Assembly: GCA_026398485.1 (NCBI GenBank) | Contig: JAPLST010000317.1 | Location: 1-33,387 of the forward strand | Origin: a bacterium | Lineage (GTDB): Bacteria > Auribacterota > UBA3054 > JAPLST01 | Length of the DNA stretch: 33,387 nucleotides | Direction: 5' to 3' | Shown here: positions 16,789 to 24,458 of the stretch, piece after piece | Numbering within the stretch: position 1 is the stretch's first letter | Layout: every line of letters begins with the position of its first letter | Made by a program: the position numbers and the translations under genes | Notes under the pieces: generated by a model | The model's input: only the letters and a program-made list of their open reading frames with translations | What the model was told of the DNA's origin: nothing | The model's database searches: none

Positions 16789-18380
16789 CGCAGCACCCGC
16801 GCCCTTGACCGCATTGCGTTGCGGGCCCCGGCCCGCGCGCTGTTGACTTCCTTGTCGCGCAGGCCAAGGCGCTGCCGCAACTTCAGCTCGGCCAGCGGAT
16901 TGTACTTGGCGTCGCCCAACGTGTACTGCCGCAGCCCCGTGTTCGAGTCCCAGGTCACCTGCGATGGCAGACACGTGATGTCGCCGTACACCGGCACACC
17001 CTTGATCTTCAACCGCTGCAGCGGATTGATGAACGGATCCCCTTCAACGTGCATTGCGCCGCCCCAGCGCACGTCCGACAGCATCTTGTGCAGCTCGGTC
17101 GCGTACAGGTACCCCGCGTCTTTGCGATCCTCGAACAGCGGCGCCGTCCCATCATCGTTCATGCCCTTGAACACCAATATGCCAACTTCATTATCAACCA
17201 GCGTCAGCGTGCGCTCGACGCCATGCTCGTCATAGGCGCCACCACTGTGCATTGTGCTGGCGTCCGGCGCGCCGGCACCATCACATGACCGCCAGCGCAC
17301 GTCCTTGATGTAATATGCGGTGCTTGCTGGCGGCGTCGGCAAACCGCTACCTCCAGGAAGAGGCCACTGACGATAACTTACCATTCCGGTGGCTTTTAAT
17401 GTTTCACTGTCACACGCGCTGTATTCTGTCGTGGTCTCTTTCAACCAGCCTTTCGGGTCTTCAGAATAGACAATGGCAGTGCCGCCATGAAACCCATCCT
17501 GCTGCGCAAGGAATCCTGCCAGGTACGTGGCCAAATTCTGCTTGCTGCTGTTCTGCCCCTCGATGATCACCCGGCTGTAGCACATGTCCGTCAGCGGCAC
17601 CAGTTCGCGCAGGCATAGGCCGTTGCGCCCGACGCGCAGTTCTGCCGGGTCTTCGTCATACGTCGCATATGGCGCAATCAGCAGCGTTTGCGGATCAATC
17701 CACCAGTTGCGCGCCGGATAGTACGAACACAGGATTTCGGTCAGCACGTCGGCCACCTTGGCCCCGTCGTACTCATGCCCGTTCGGATGCAGCGTCAGGC
17801 CGGCCCACAGGCTTGTGCTGGTGGCCGTGGGCACGAACGTCGCCGCCCATAAGCGCAACTGCGCCAGCGTGGCGTCATCCCAAGTGCCATACGCACTGTC
17901 GCGCCACAAAGCATACACCACGGCCGGGATCACTTCCGCCAGCGTCGGCAGTCCCTGGCTGCCAAAGTCAGTGCCGGCATTATTGAGCACGTCCTGAAGG
18001 ATGCTGCCCACCGTCCAATAGACGTTGTAGCCCGCCGCACTTAGATCGCTGGGGCAGTAGCCGTACTTGACGTGGGCGTGGCGCTTGGCCAAGTCGTTTG
18101 TCTGCGCGCTGCGCCCGTAATATGTCACTTCGCCCAGCAGGCCCCGGCAATCAACGCACTGCACCTGGCGCACGCCCGTGGCAAGATTTACCGGCGCGTG
18201 GCGGATGCGCCCGGCAAACGCGCGCCGGCTGCCATAGAACACTTCCACCCATGCCCGCGGCGTGAACGTGTCGGTCGCGTCCAGCACAAAGGCGCAGCCA
18301 ATCCCATCCGCGCTGAACGACAACTGCACGCCGCCCTTGACCGCAACCACACGGCCGTCTATTTCAACCCGCGTGCTCAT
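16785..18380 (-). CDS. tail tip/hub protein (Tal-like by position, 531 aa)
   Basis: Third gene after the tape measure, with an ATGA overlap. The call is by position. Confidence 0.45.
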   Translation of the reverse strand: MSTRVEIDGRVVAVKGGVQLSFSADGIGCAFVLDATDTFTPRAWVEVFYGSRRAFAGRIRHAPVNLATGVRQVQCVDCRGLLGEVTYYGRSAQTNDLAKRHAHVKYGYCPSDLSAAGYNVYWTVGSILQDVLNNAGTDFGSQGLPTLAEVIPAVVYALWRDSAYGTWDDATLAQLRLWAATFVPTATSTSLWAGLTLHPNGHEYDGAKVADVLTEILCSYYPARNWWIDPQTLLIAPYATYDEDPAELRVGRNGLCLRELVPLTDMCYSRVIIEGQNSSKQNLATYLAGFLAQQDGFHGGTAIVYSEDPKGWLKETTTEYSACDSETLKATGMVSYRQWPLPGGSGLPTPPASTAYYIKDVRWRSCDGAGAPDASTMHSGGAYDEHGVERTLTLVDNEVGILVFKGMNDDGTAPLFEDRKDAGYLYATELHKMLSDVRWGGAMHVEGDPFINPLQRLKIKGVPVYGDITCLPSQVTWDSNTGLRQYTLGDAKYNPLAELKLRQRLGLRDKEVNSARAGARNAMRSRARVLR

Positions 18381-19549
18381 GCGGCCTTGGTCACTCCATG
18401 CGCGGCCGCGCTCAGCTCAGACGCACCACTGGCAACATAGGCAGCCGCCCATGCGGACAGTCCATCGCCAGGAACCAGCTTGTCATTGATGTAGCCGTAT
18501 GCTGATTTTATGGCGCCATCAACAATGCCAAGTGCTTTAAGAAATTCTGACCCGAATATCCAATCGGCCCCCGCAATCTCCATCAACAGACCGCCCACGC
18601 TATGCACGGTCGCCATATTGGCCGCTTTCCATACGCCATTGGTTAGCGTCTGCTGCTCAGACAGCGCCGGCGCCGTGGCCGTCGGCGTCACGTACACCTG
18701 ATACCGCGCCGCATACGCCACATCTTCCCACGTCACAACAATCGCGTCGGTATACGTCCTGTCGCTTGCTTCAACCGTCATGGCGTCCTCGTCTTCTTCG
18801 TTGTAATCGCTGATGCTCAGCGTCAATTTCCACACCAGCCCCGCCGATGCAATCACCGGCTCCTTGGGCCGCGCCGCTTTCACCAAGGCCGTCCACGTGT
18901 CTTCAATGGTGGTTTGCGTGATCGTGCCGGCATCGGCGTCGCGGTTGCCCTTCACGATCCGCAGCGTGCCGCGCCAGCCGTTCTCTACCAGCGGCGCCAT
19001 GCGCTCGTTCATCCACCACATCACCCAGCCGGACGTGTACTCATACTCGTAGTAGGAAATGCCGATCTCGGCGCCGTTGTACATGTCAATGGCGCGATCC
19101 ACTTCGACATACCAAAACCACGTGCCGGTATAGTCCGCCATGCCATCCCGCGTCTGCGCCGGCGCCGCTGCAACCACGCGCGTTTCGCGCAGGCCCTTGA
19201 ACCGGATCAGCTTGCCCGTCAGCGCCACCATCACACTCGCCGGCTCATACGTTTCGACCAGCATCACGGTCGTGCTGCCAATGTTCACCAGCGTGCCCGT
19301 GATGTCGCCGATCTCGCTCGGCGGCAGGCACAGCTCGAAGTCCATGCCAACCTTCACGCCGGCCCCCTGGACAAAGTGCTGGTAGTTGCTGCCCGTCACC
19401 GGCATGCCATCGCCGGGAAACTCGTAAGCCGCATTCCAGCGCGCCGTGTCCTGCTGCGCGCAGACGTGCCCCAAGTAATACTCGACGCTGCTGCCCCGCG
19501 GCGTGAACAGCACGTGCGTGCCAAACAATGGATTGGGAAAGTTGCTCAT
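18377..19549 (-). CDS. distal tail protein-like (390 aa), possibly with an FN3-like insert
   Basis: Immediately follows the tape measure (TGATG overlap). The segment VEASDRTYTDAIVVTWEDVAYAARYQVYV looks FN3-like. Confidence 0.4.
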   Translation of the reverse strand: MSNFPNPLFGTHVLFTPRGSSVEYYLGHVCAQQDTARWNAAYEFPGDGMPVTGSNYQHFVQGAGVKVGMDFELCLPPSEIGDITGTLVNIGSTTVMLVETYEPASVMVALTGKLIRFKGLRETRVVAAAPAQTRDGMADYTGTWFWYVEVDRAIDMYNGAEIGISYYEYEYTSGWVMWWMNERMAPLVENGWRGTLRIVKGNRDADAGTITQTTIEDTWTALVKAARPKEPVIASAGLVWKLTLSISDYNEEDEDAMTVEASDRTYTDAIVVTWEDVAYAARYQVYVTPTATAPALSEQQTLTNGVWKAANMATVHSVGGLLMEIAGADWIFGSEFLKALGIVDGAIKSAYGYINDKLVPGDGLSAWAAAYVASGASELSAAAHGVTKAA

Positions 19550-21747
19550 CAGCCTCCTATCGCCGCAATGGCCGCGCTCATTTCCGTGAAACGTTGCGTG
19601 AGATCCCGGCCCAAGTCTTGCAGGGCCTTCACCACGTCCTTTGCTGCATCATTCACCTGGTCCGCCACTTTCGACAGGTCAGCGCCGCCATCCTTGCCTT
19701 TCTTGCTCTTCGGCTTCAGCCGCGAGTCTTTCTGCCCGCCCGACGTCTCGCCTACGATTTCACTATCATCACCGAAGACGGAATCAATCTTCGATTCTGT
19801 CTCCATTGAGATAATCTCCCTGGCAGTTGATCCCACGTCTTTGGCTTGATTTGTCACGCGGTTTACCTGCGCGTCTTCGTAGGGATCAAGCGCATTGCCT
19901 GGTTTCTGGCGCGCCCCGTACTTGGCCGCCTGACTGCCGTACTCGTCGGCTTTTTTCTGCAAAGAGTCCGCTTTCTCAAAGTCGCCACTGTCCCGCGCTT
20001 GTTGCACTTGTTCGAGCAGATTGCCCTGCTGTCGCAGTGCGCCCTGCTCTCGTTTTGCATCCCTATCGCGCGTCCGCTGCTCGGCTTTGGTGCCAGGTTC
20101 GTTCATGGCATCCCTGATTGGATCAATAAAACTCTTGATCCGGGCCAGCGCGGCCTCGTACACTTCCTTTATCTTCTTGGCCGATTCCTCCCACGCCGTC
20201 GCACCCTCCTTTTGAATGCTCAGTATTTCCTCCGCCAGCGCCTTCTTGCGCTTCTCTTCCTCCTCCCGCTTCTTCGCCGCGTCGGCCGCCTTCGCCTGGG
20301 CAGTCAGATCATCGCCCCCCTTGGGCGCCGTCGGCCCGGCGTTGCTGCCGTCCTTTATGCCAACGGCCTTGCGAAGAGCAAAACTATCATTTGTCATCCC
20401 TTCCAACTGATCCTTTGCATATTGCATCGCCGTCCCAAACTCGTCGCTGAAAGCATTGCCGAAGGCCCCTCCCGCTTCCTTTGTTCCATCCATCACCTTT
20501 TGCATTGCGGCCAAACCGGCTTTGCCAGACGCAACCATATCCTCTTTGGTCTTCTCTGTGTCAAATTTCAACTCAAGCGGAGCATCTCCAAACCACGCCC
20601 GTACCGTGTTCACTTTGTCGATTACCCACTGTAGCGCGGATTGTATGCCGAACTTCACCCCTTGAAACGCAAGAAGAAGTGCTGAGCCGATAAAATCCGC
20701 CGTGCCAGCCACCACCTTCTTTAGACCGGCAAACGAGTCCATAATTCCACGCACCATGGCCATGTCACCGGCAACAATAAAACCGATAACAGTAGATACC
20801 GTCGCCCAGATTGTTTTCACGCCAAGGGTGATGGTCTCAAACAGTACCAGCGCCCACTTCAGCACAAAACCAATTTCCCGGCCCACACCTTTCAACAGTT
20901 CCCCGATGCTGTTGATGCCCGAGTCGCCACCGCTGAATTGTTCGAGAAATCCGGCACCAAAGCTGTCCTTGGACTCGCCCCAGGCAACCATCATCTTGCG
21001 CAGGCTGCCACTGGCACTATTGGCGCTGTCCTCGGCCACCTGCGCCATGCTGGCAAAACGCTTCTTGATTGCTTCAAGGACCTCGGCCTTGGTCGCGCCG
21101 TCCTCCAGTTCTATGCCGAACTGTTTCAACCCTTTGGTTGATCCTTGCAACGCCAGCGCAATGGCCGATGCCACCTGCTCCATTTGCTTGCCTTCCGCCT
21201 TGAACCCCGCAATCGCCGGCAGCATGCGCAGGATACCGGCCGCGCTGATGTCGCCTGTCCGCGCCAGCGTCAGCGCCGTTGTCCGCATTTCATCGTCCGC
21301 CACGCCCAGGTGCGCGGATAACTCATCGATGTATTTGAACGCCGCACTCATGTCCACCGGCTGGCCAAGGCGCTGCAATGCATTGGTCAGCGCCAACACC
21401 TGCTGCTCTTCTTGCATCGCCCCGCGAATGCCGTCGATCATAATCAGTTTGAGAGCAACCACCGCAGCGCCTACCCCCAAATAGCCCTTGACCGTCGCAA
21501 GCATTCCATTCGTCAAACCAAGGAATGATCCTGTGCTCTTCTTGACCGCCTCATCTGCGGGCTTGACCGCCTCGGCTGTCTTGATTAGTTTGCCCGTGAT
21601 CACGTCATATCTTTGGCCAACCCTATTCAATTCAGCCTGCAAAGCTTGCAGAGGCTGTTGCGCACTCGTCGCCAACCGGGTGAACTCTTGCAGCGGCGCT
21701 GAGAAAGCATCACGCAGCAACAGTTCCTGTTCTATGCGTCCATCCAT
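19549..21747 (-). CDS. tail tape measure protein (732 aa)
   Basis: Long helical Ala/Lys/Glu-rich protein with a central hydrophobic block (GFVLKWALVLFETITLGVKTIWATVSTVIGFIVAG). It sits directly downstream of a G/GT chaperone pair. Confidence 0.8.
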   Translation of the reverse strand: MDGRIEQELLLRDAFSAPLQEFTRLATSAQQPLQALQAELNRVGQRYDVITGKLIKTAEAVKPADEAVKKSTGSFLGLTNGMLATVKGYLGVGAAVVALKLIMIDGIRGAMQEEQQVLALTNALQRLGQPVDMSAAFKYIDELSAHLGVADDEMRTTALTLARTGDISAAGILRMLPAIAGFKAEGKQMEQVASAIALALQGSTKGLKQFGIELEDGATKAEVLEAIKKRFASMAQVAEDSANSASGSLRKMMVAWGESKDSFGAGFLEQFSGGDSGINSIGELLKGVGREIGFVLKWALVLFETITLGVKTIWATVSTVIGFIVAGDMAMVRGIMDSFAGLKKVVAGTADFIGSALLLAFQGVKFGIQSALQWVIDKVNTVRAWFGDAPLELKFDTEKTKEDMVASGKAGLAAMQKVMDGTKEAGGAFGNAFSDEFGTAMQYAKDQLEGMTNDSFALRKAVGIKDGSNAGPTAPKGGDDLTAQAKAADAAKKREEEEKRKKALAEEILSIQKEGATAWEESAKKIKEVYEAALARIKSFIDPIRDAMNEPGTKAEQRTRDRDAKREQGALRQQGNLLEQVQQARDSGDFEKADSLQKKADEYGSQAAKYGARQKPGNALDPYEDAQVNRVTNQAKDVGSTAREIISMETESKIDSVFGDDSEIVGETSGGQKDSRLKPKSKKGKDGGADLSKVADQVNDAAKDVVKALQDLGRDLTQRFTEMSAAIAAIGG

Positions 21748-21775
21748 TGACTTTACCCGTGTGGAATGTTACACT
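21747..21775 (+). promoter_or_regulatory. sigma70-type promoter for the antisense membrane-protein gene
   Basis: TTGACT (21747-21752), a 17-nt spacer, then TACACT (21770-21775). The ATG at 21781 lies 6 nt after the -10, which implies a leaderless or nearly leaderless mRNA. Confidence 0.45.
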
Positions 21776-21780
21776 GGTAC

Positions 21781-21963
21781 ATGCGCAATCTCCGAGCTAT
21801 CGCGGTCTTGATGTGCTTGACTTGCACAGCCGCACTCATCATCGCAATTTGCAACCCGCAAAGTGCCGGGCGCGATGCCTTGACCTTGGCTCTTGCGCCA
21901 ATCAACGCATTGCTGTTCGCGACCGTTGCCATCTACGCCCACCAGCGCCTGCGCCTCAGGTAG
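21781..21963 (+). CDS. two-helix small membrane protein (60 aa), antisense to the late operon
   Basis: MRNLRAIAVLMCLTCTAALIIAICNP...LTLALAPINALLFATVAIYA. High GC3. It fills the 208-nt gap between the GT stop (21956) and the tape measure start (21747), where no credible minus-strand gene exists. Confidence 0.5.
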   Translation: MRNLRAIAVLMCLTCTAALIIAICNPQSAGRDALTLALAPINALLFATVAIYAHQRLRLR

Positions 21964-22617
21964 AGCACTCGCCCTGGTGACGCGCCTGCCACACCTGCTC
22001 AACGCATTCGACAAACACCGCCGATTGATCGTAGTACCCGCCGGCGTTGGGCAGCAAGCCTTGCTCTTCCACCCGCCGCGCCCACTGCAACGCATCCACC
22101 ACCCACGCAGCGTCCAGTAACAGCGCCAGAGGACACCGGTATAGGTGCGTGCCGTCAACGTCCGTGTAGCGCAGCTTCCCGTCACTTACGCAGCCTCTGA
22201 ACTCGGGTTCGCCTTTGGCGCGGCAGTCGGCGCAGTCAAGTTTGGCGATGAGGGCTCTGAACCAGACGGCGCGGCGGATGCTTTTTTTTCGTCTTCCCCA
22301 AGTACCAGCACCCGCGCCGCCAACTGCACCAGGTCGCTGATCACCCGCAACGGCAAATGCTCGGACGCCCACGGCCCCGCCACGCACAAGCCAAACTCGC
22401 CTTGCTTCTGGTCATAGGCCACGCCATCAATGTGTACCACCACCATTTCCCACAGCCGCAGCAGTTGTTCGTGATCCGCCTTCTCGTCCTGCAGCTCCAT
22501 CATGCGCCGCATCTGCGAGTAGGACAGGTTGCGGATCTGCACTGCGTTCTCACAGCCCGCGTCAAACTTCGAGTACACCGTCAAGGTGCGATTCCGGTCA
22601 ATCGTCGGCAATGCCAT
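21956..22617 (-). CDS. tail assembly chaperone frameshift product (gpGT-like, -1 shift at 22282-22288)
   Basis: In frame 0 the sequence reads GAA AAA AAA GCA, giving the slippery heptamer A AAA AAA. The -1 frame stays open for 108 more codons (SIRRAVWFRALIAKLDC...) and its sequence looks protein-like. Confidence 0.6.
22186..22617 (-). CDS. tail assembly chaperone (gpG-like)
   Basis: ATG at 22617 has AGGGAG 6 nt upstream. It is located directly upstream of the tape measure and contains an A8 run at 22282-22289. Confidence 0.65.
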   Translation of the reverse strand: MALPTIDRNRTLTVYSKFDAGCENAVQIRNLSYSQMRRMMELQDEKADHEQLLRLWEMVVVHIDGVAYDQKQGEFGLCVAGPWASEHLPLRVISDLVQLAARVLVLGEDEKKASAAPSGSEPSSPNLTAPTAAPKANPSSEAA

Positions 22618-22629
22618 ACAAATCTCCCT

Positions 22630-22673
22630 AAAATAAATGACGCCCAATCCTGCCCTACGTAGGATCGGGCGTC
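22630..22673 (-). terminator. intrinsic terminator between the late promoter and the first late gene
   Basis: The minus strand reads GACGCCCGAUCCU-ACGUAGGGC-AGGAUUGGGCGUC (13-bp stem including one G-U pair) followed by AUUUAUUUU. The SD and ATG of the chaperone gene follow immediately. Confidence 0.8.
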
Positions 22674-22708
22674 AACATTACTGCGCGGATGGCCATCCAC
22701 GCGCTTAT

Positions 22709-22770
22709 ACTTTACACTGCCACGCCGGCAGTGTCAATACCTGTTTTTCCCTACTTTTCCCCGCTTTTCC
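22709..22770 (-). promoter_or_regulatory. strong sigma70-type promoter with phased upstream A-tracts and an operator-like palindrome
   Basis: On the minus strand: GGAAAAGCGG GGAAAAGTAG GGAAAAACAG GTA TTGACA CTGCCGGCGTGGCAGTG TAAAGT. The -35 is at 22732-22737, the spacer is 17 nt and the -10 is at 22709-22714. The palindrome ACACTGCC-N5-GGCAGTGT spans 22714-22734. Confidence 0.7.
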
Positions 22771-22934
22771 TATTCCCGCAAGAACTGCATATTGCCACGC
22801 TCGAACACGAGCGCGACGCGACCCCATTGCACGACGCGCTGGTTACCGCGGTAGTACGTGCTAGTCGTCACGCGCCGCCATGTCCAGCAGTTGCCGTGTC
22901 TGTGCCAGTCTATCCGCGCCAGTTTCCACTTCAT
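22770..22934 (-). CDS. small basic protein (54 aa)
   Basis: My translation gives MKWKLARIDWHRHGNCWTWRRVTTSTYYRGNQRVVQWGRVALVFERGNMQFLRE. ATGA overlap with the upstream stop at 22931-22934. It is the last gene before the late promoter. Confidence 0.4.
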   Translation of the reverse strand: MKWKLARIDWHRHGNCWTWRRVTTSTYYRGNQRVVQWGRVALVFERGNMQFLRE

Positions 22935-23146
22935 CGACCGACCTCCTGAGTTTTATTGGGCATAAGTTTGTTTACTTCTTGAACAAGATGGTTTAATTCG
23001 TGCCATAACCGGCATGCGACTGTTCCTGATCCGCACACTCCAGCAGTAACATTTAGGGTATCCTGAGCATATGGCAACACACGGCGCTCGATAAAGCTCA
23101 GCCGCTCTGCTGCGTTTTCTTCGTGTCTTCGTGTCTTGGTGGCCAT
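22931..23146 (-). CDS. hypothetical protein (71 aa), lower GC
   Basis: AAGGAG lies 8 nt upstream of the ATG at 23146. Confidence 0.5.
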   Translation of the reverse strand: MATKTRRHEENAAERLSFIERRVLPYAQDTLNVTAGVCGSGTVACRLWHELNHLVQEVNKLMPNKTQEVGR

Positions 23147-23156
23147 ACTATCTCCT

Positions 23157-23342
23157 TCACCGCCGGCCCAGATTCGCCAGCCAACGCTTGATCTCGTCTT
23201 CGCAGTAGAGCACCTTGTGCCCGCGCCCCTTCCCGGTCGCGTAGCGCGCGTGCATCTTGACCCGCCGCTCCCAGTTGCGGATCGTCCGCGGCGTCACGCC
23301 CAATCGCACCGCCACCTCTTTCTGCGACAGCATCTTGCTCAT
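23157..23342 (-). CDS. small HTH DNA-binding protein (excisionase/AlpA/MerR-type HTH)
   Basis: LSQKEVAVRLGVTPRTIRNWERR...LYCEDEIKRWL. ATGA overlap at 23339-23342. Confidence 0.6.
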   Translation of the reverse strand: MSKMLSQKEVAVRLGVTPRTIRNWERRVKMHARYATGKGRGHKVLYCEDEIKRWLANLGRR

Positions 23343-23590
23343 GCCACTCCCTTCTGCGTTTTACCAACAACCTTGCCTGCTGCGATTTCTTCGTGTCTTG
23401 GCTGGCGTCCGCCAGTCCCGCCCTGTGGCGTGGATGCCTTGGTGGTTAATCTTTCCAGCTTGCGCCGCATCGTCGCCACATACTCCGGCCGCGGATTGAA
23501 CTTCTCCTGCGCCGCCAACTGCGCCGCCAGCACCACCGGATCGTCCGCCACATGAATCGGCAGGATCCCCGACAAGCGCCGCTCAGTCAT
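23339..23590 (-). CDS. hypothetical protein (83 aa)
   Basis: The internal ATG at 23590 overlaps the upstream stop by 8 nt. Confidence 0.45.
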   Translation of the reverse strand: MTERRLSGILPIHVADDPVVLAAQLAAQEKFNPRPEYVATMRRKLERLTTKASTPQGGTGGRQPRHEEIAAGKVVGKTQKGVA

Positions 23591-23900
23591 GGGGCACACA
23601 CGCGCTGCACAGGTCATTGGCTACCCAACTGCACGGGCTTCCCGTGCGTTCAATGCAGCTGCTGCAGTTGGCATCCGTGCATCCGCATACCCGGCACGTG
23701 CGCACTTTTACCTCTCGCATTTCCCTTTGTATTTTGCGCAATTCAAAAATGACAATGGCACAAGACGCATGTATACCATTCACGAAGCTGTTCGGGATAT
23801 TGTCGCCTTTCTTGAAAAGTTTCTTTTGCCCATCACACACCACCTTGATGCGCCGTAATACTGTCTTCGTTTCAGCGTTCATATAAGATTCTCGTTTCAT
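23583..23900 (-). CDS. Cys-rich (zinc-binding?) phage protein (105 aa)
   Basis: C-terminus CRVCGCTDANCSSCIERTGSPCSWVANDLCSAC, a recurring phage motif as I remember it. The N-terminal half is encoded by low-GC DNA. Confidence 0.55.
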   Translation of the reverse strand: MKRESYMNAETKTVLRRIKVVCDGQKKLFKKGDNIPNSFVNGIHASCAIVIFELRKIQREMREVKVRTCRVCGCTDANCSSCIERTGSPCSWVANDLCSACVPHD

Positions 23901-24145
23901 AGTTTAATCCTGCATGGGCAACCACGCCGTTCGTTTGCGCTCGGCCAGCGACGTCCGGCGCCGTAGTATTCAGACACGAAAAACAAGGCCGTCCGATATT
24001 TCCACGACGCAGTTGAGATTCCCCAATGCGCCATGAAAAACCAGCGTTGCGTCAGCTTGCACGGCAACCAGCACAGCTTGCTCTCGATCAGATACAGCCA
24101 TTGCCGCACTCCGCGCCGGCATAGTTCACATCTTCGTTTATTCAC
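23897..24145 (-). CDS. hypothetical Cys/Trp-rich protein (82 aa, GTG start)
   Basis: Fills the gap between coupled genes. AAGG lies upstream of the GTG. The composition is odd, so this call is weak. Confidence 0.3.
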   Translation of the reverse strand: MNKRRCELCRRGVRQWLYLIESKLCWLPCKLTQRWFFMAHWGISTASWKYRTALFFVSEYYGAGRRWPSANERRGCPCRIKL

Positions 24146-24170
24146 CTAAAACCTTAAACATTTCAACGTT

Positions 24171-24458
24171 TCAACCCTGCAACCGCATCTCCAGTTGCAG
24201 CGGCTGCAGCCTGCAAATCCGCACGCGCTTGCCGCTCACCACGTCCGGACGCTTGCCGCACTCAATCAGCCGTTTGTTCTTGACCAGCTCGGTGATCCGC
24301 GGCCGCACCTTGTTCGGGTCGTGGTGCCGCAGGCGCACCATCACCTCCCGATCCGTCAGCGGGCCGCATTCCGCATACGCCTGCAGCACCTGCGCCTGCC
24401 GCGTCTTCACGTCCAGCGCGTCCCACGCCTCCAGGCTGTTCTCGTGCATCACCCTCAT
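24171..24458 (-). CDS. winged-helix DNA-binding protein (95 aa)
   Basis: VLQAYAECGPLTDREVMVRL...RPRITELVKNKRLIE. ATGA overlap with the replication-gene stop at 24455-24458. Confidence 0.5.
   Translation of the reverse strand: MRVMHENSLEAWDALDVKTRQAQVLQAYAECGPLTDREVMVRLRHHDPNKVRPRITELVKNKRLIECGKRPDVVSGKRVRICRLQPLQLEMRLQG

Noticed and set aside
21769-22185. A 138-aa minus-strand ORF between the chaperone and the tape measure
   Set aside because: The product is R/C/W-rich and the ORF overlaps the GT frame. The gap is better explained by the plus-strand membrane-protein ORF.
22282-22289. The A8 run as a sequencing error or pseudogene lesion
   Set aside because: Both frames are coding-like and the site lies exactly where the G/GT frameshift is expected, upstream of the tape measure. 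Programmed slippage is the simpler reading.
22637-22949. Plus-strand ORFs 22637-22864 and 22689-22949
   Set aside because: They span the minus-strand promoter and terminator and lie antisense to the 54-aa gene. They have no start signals.
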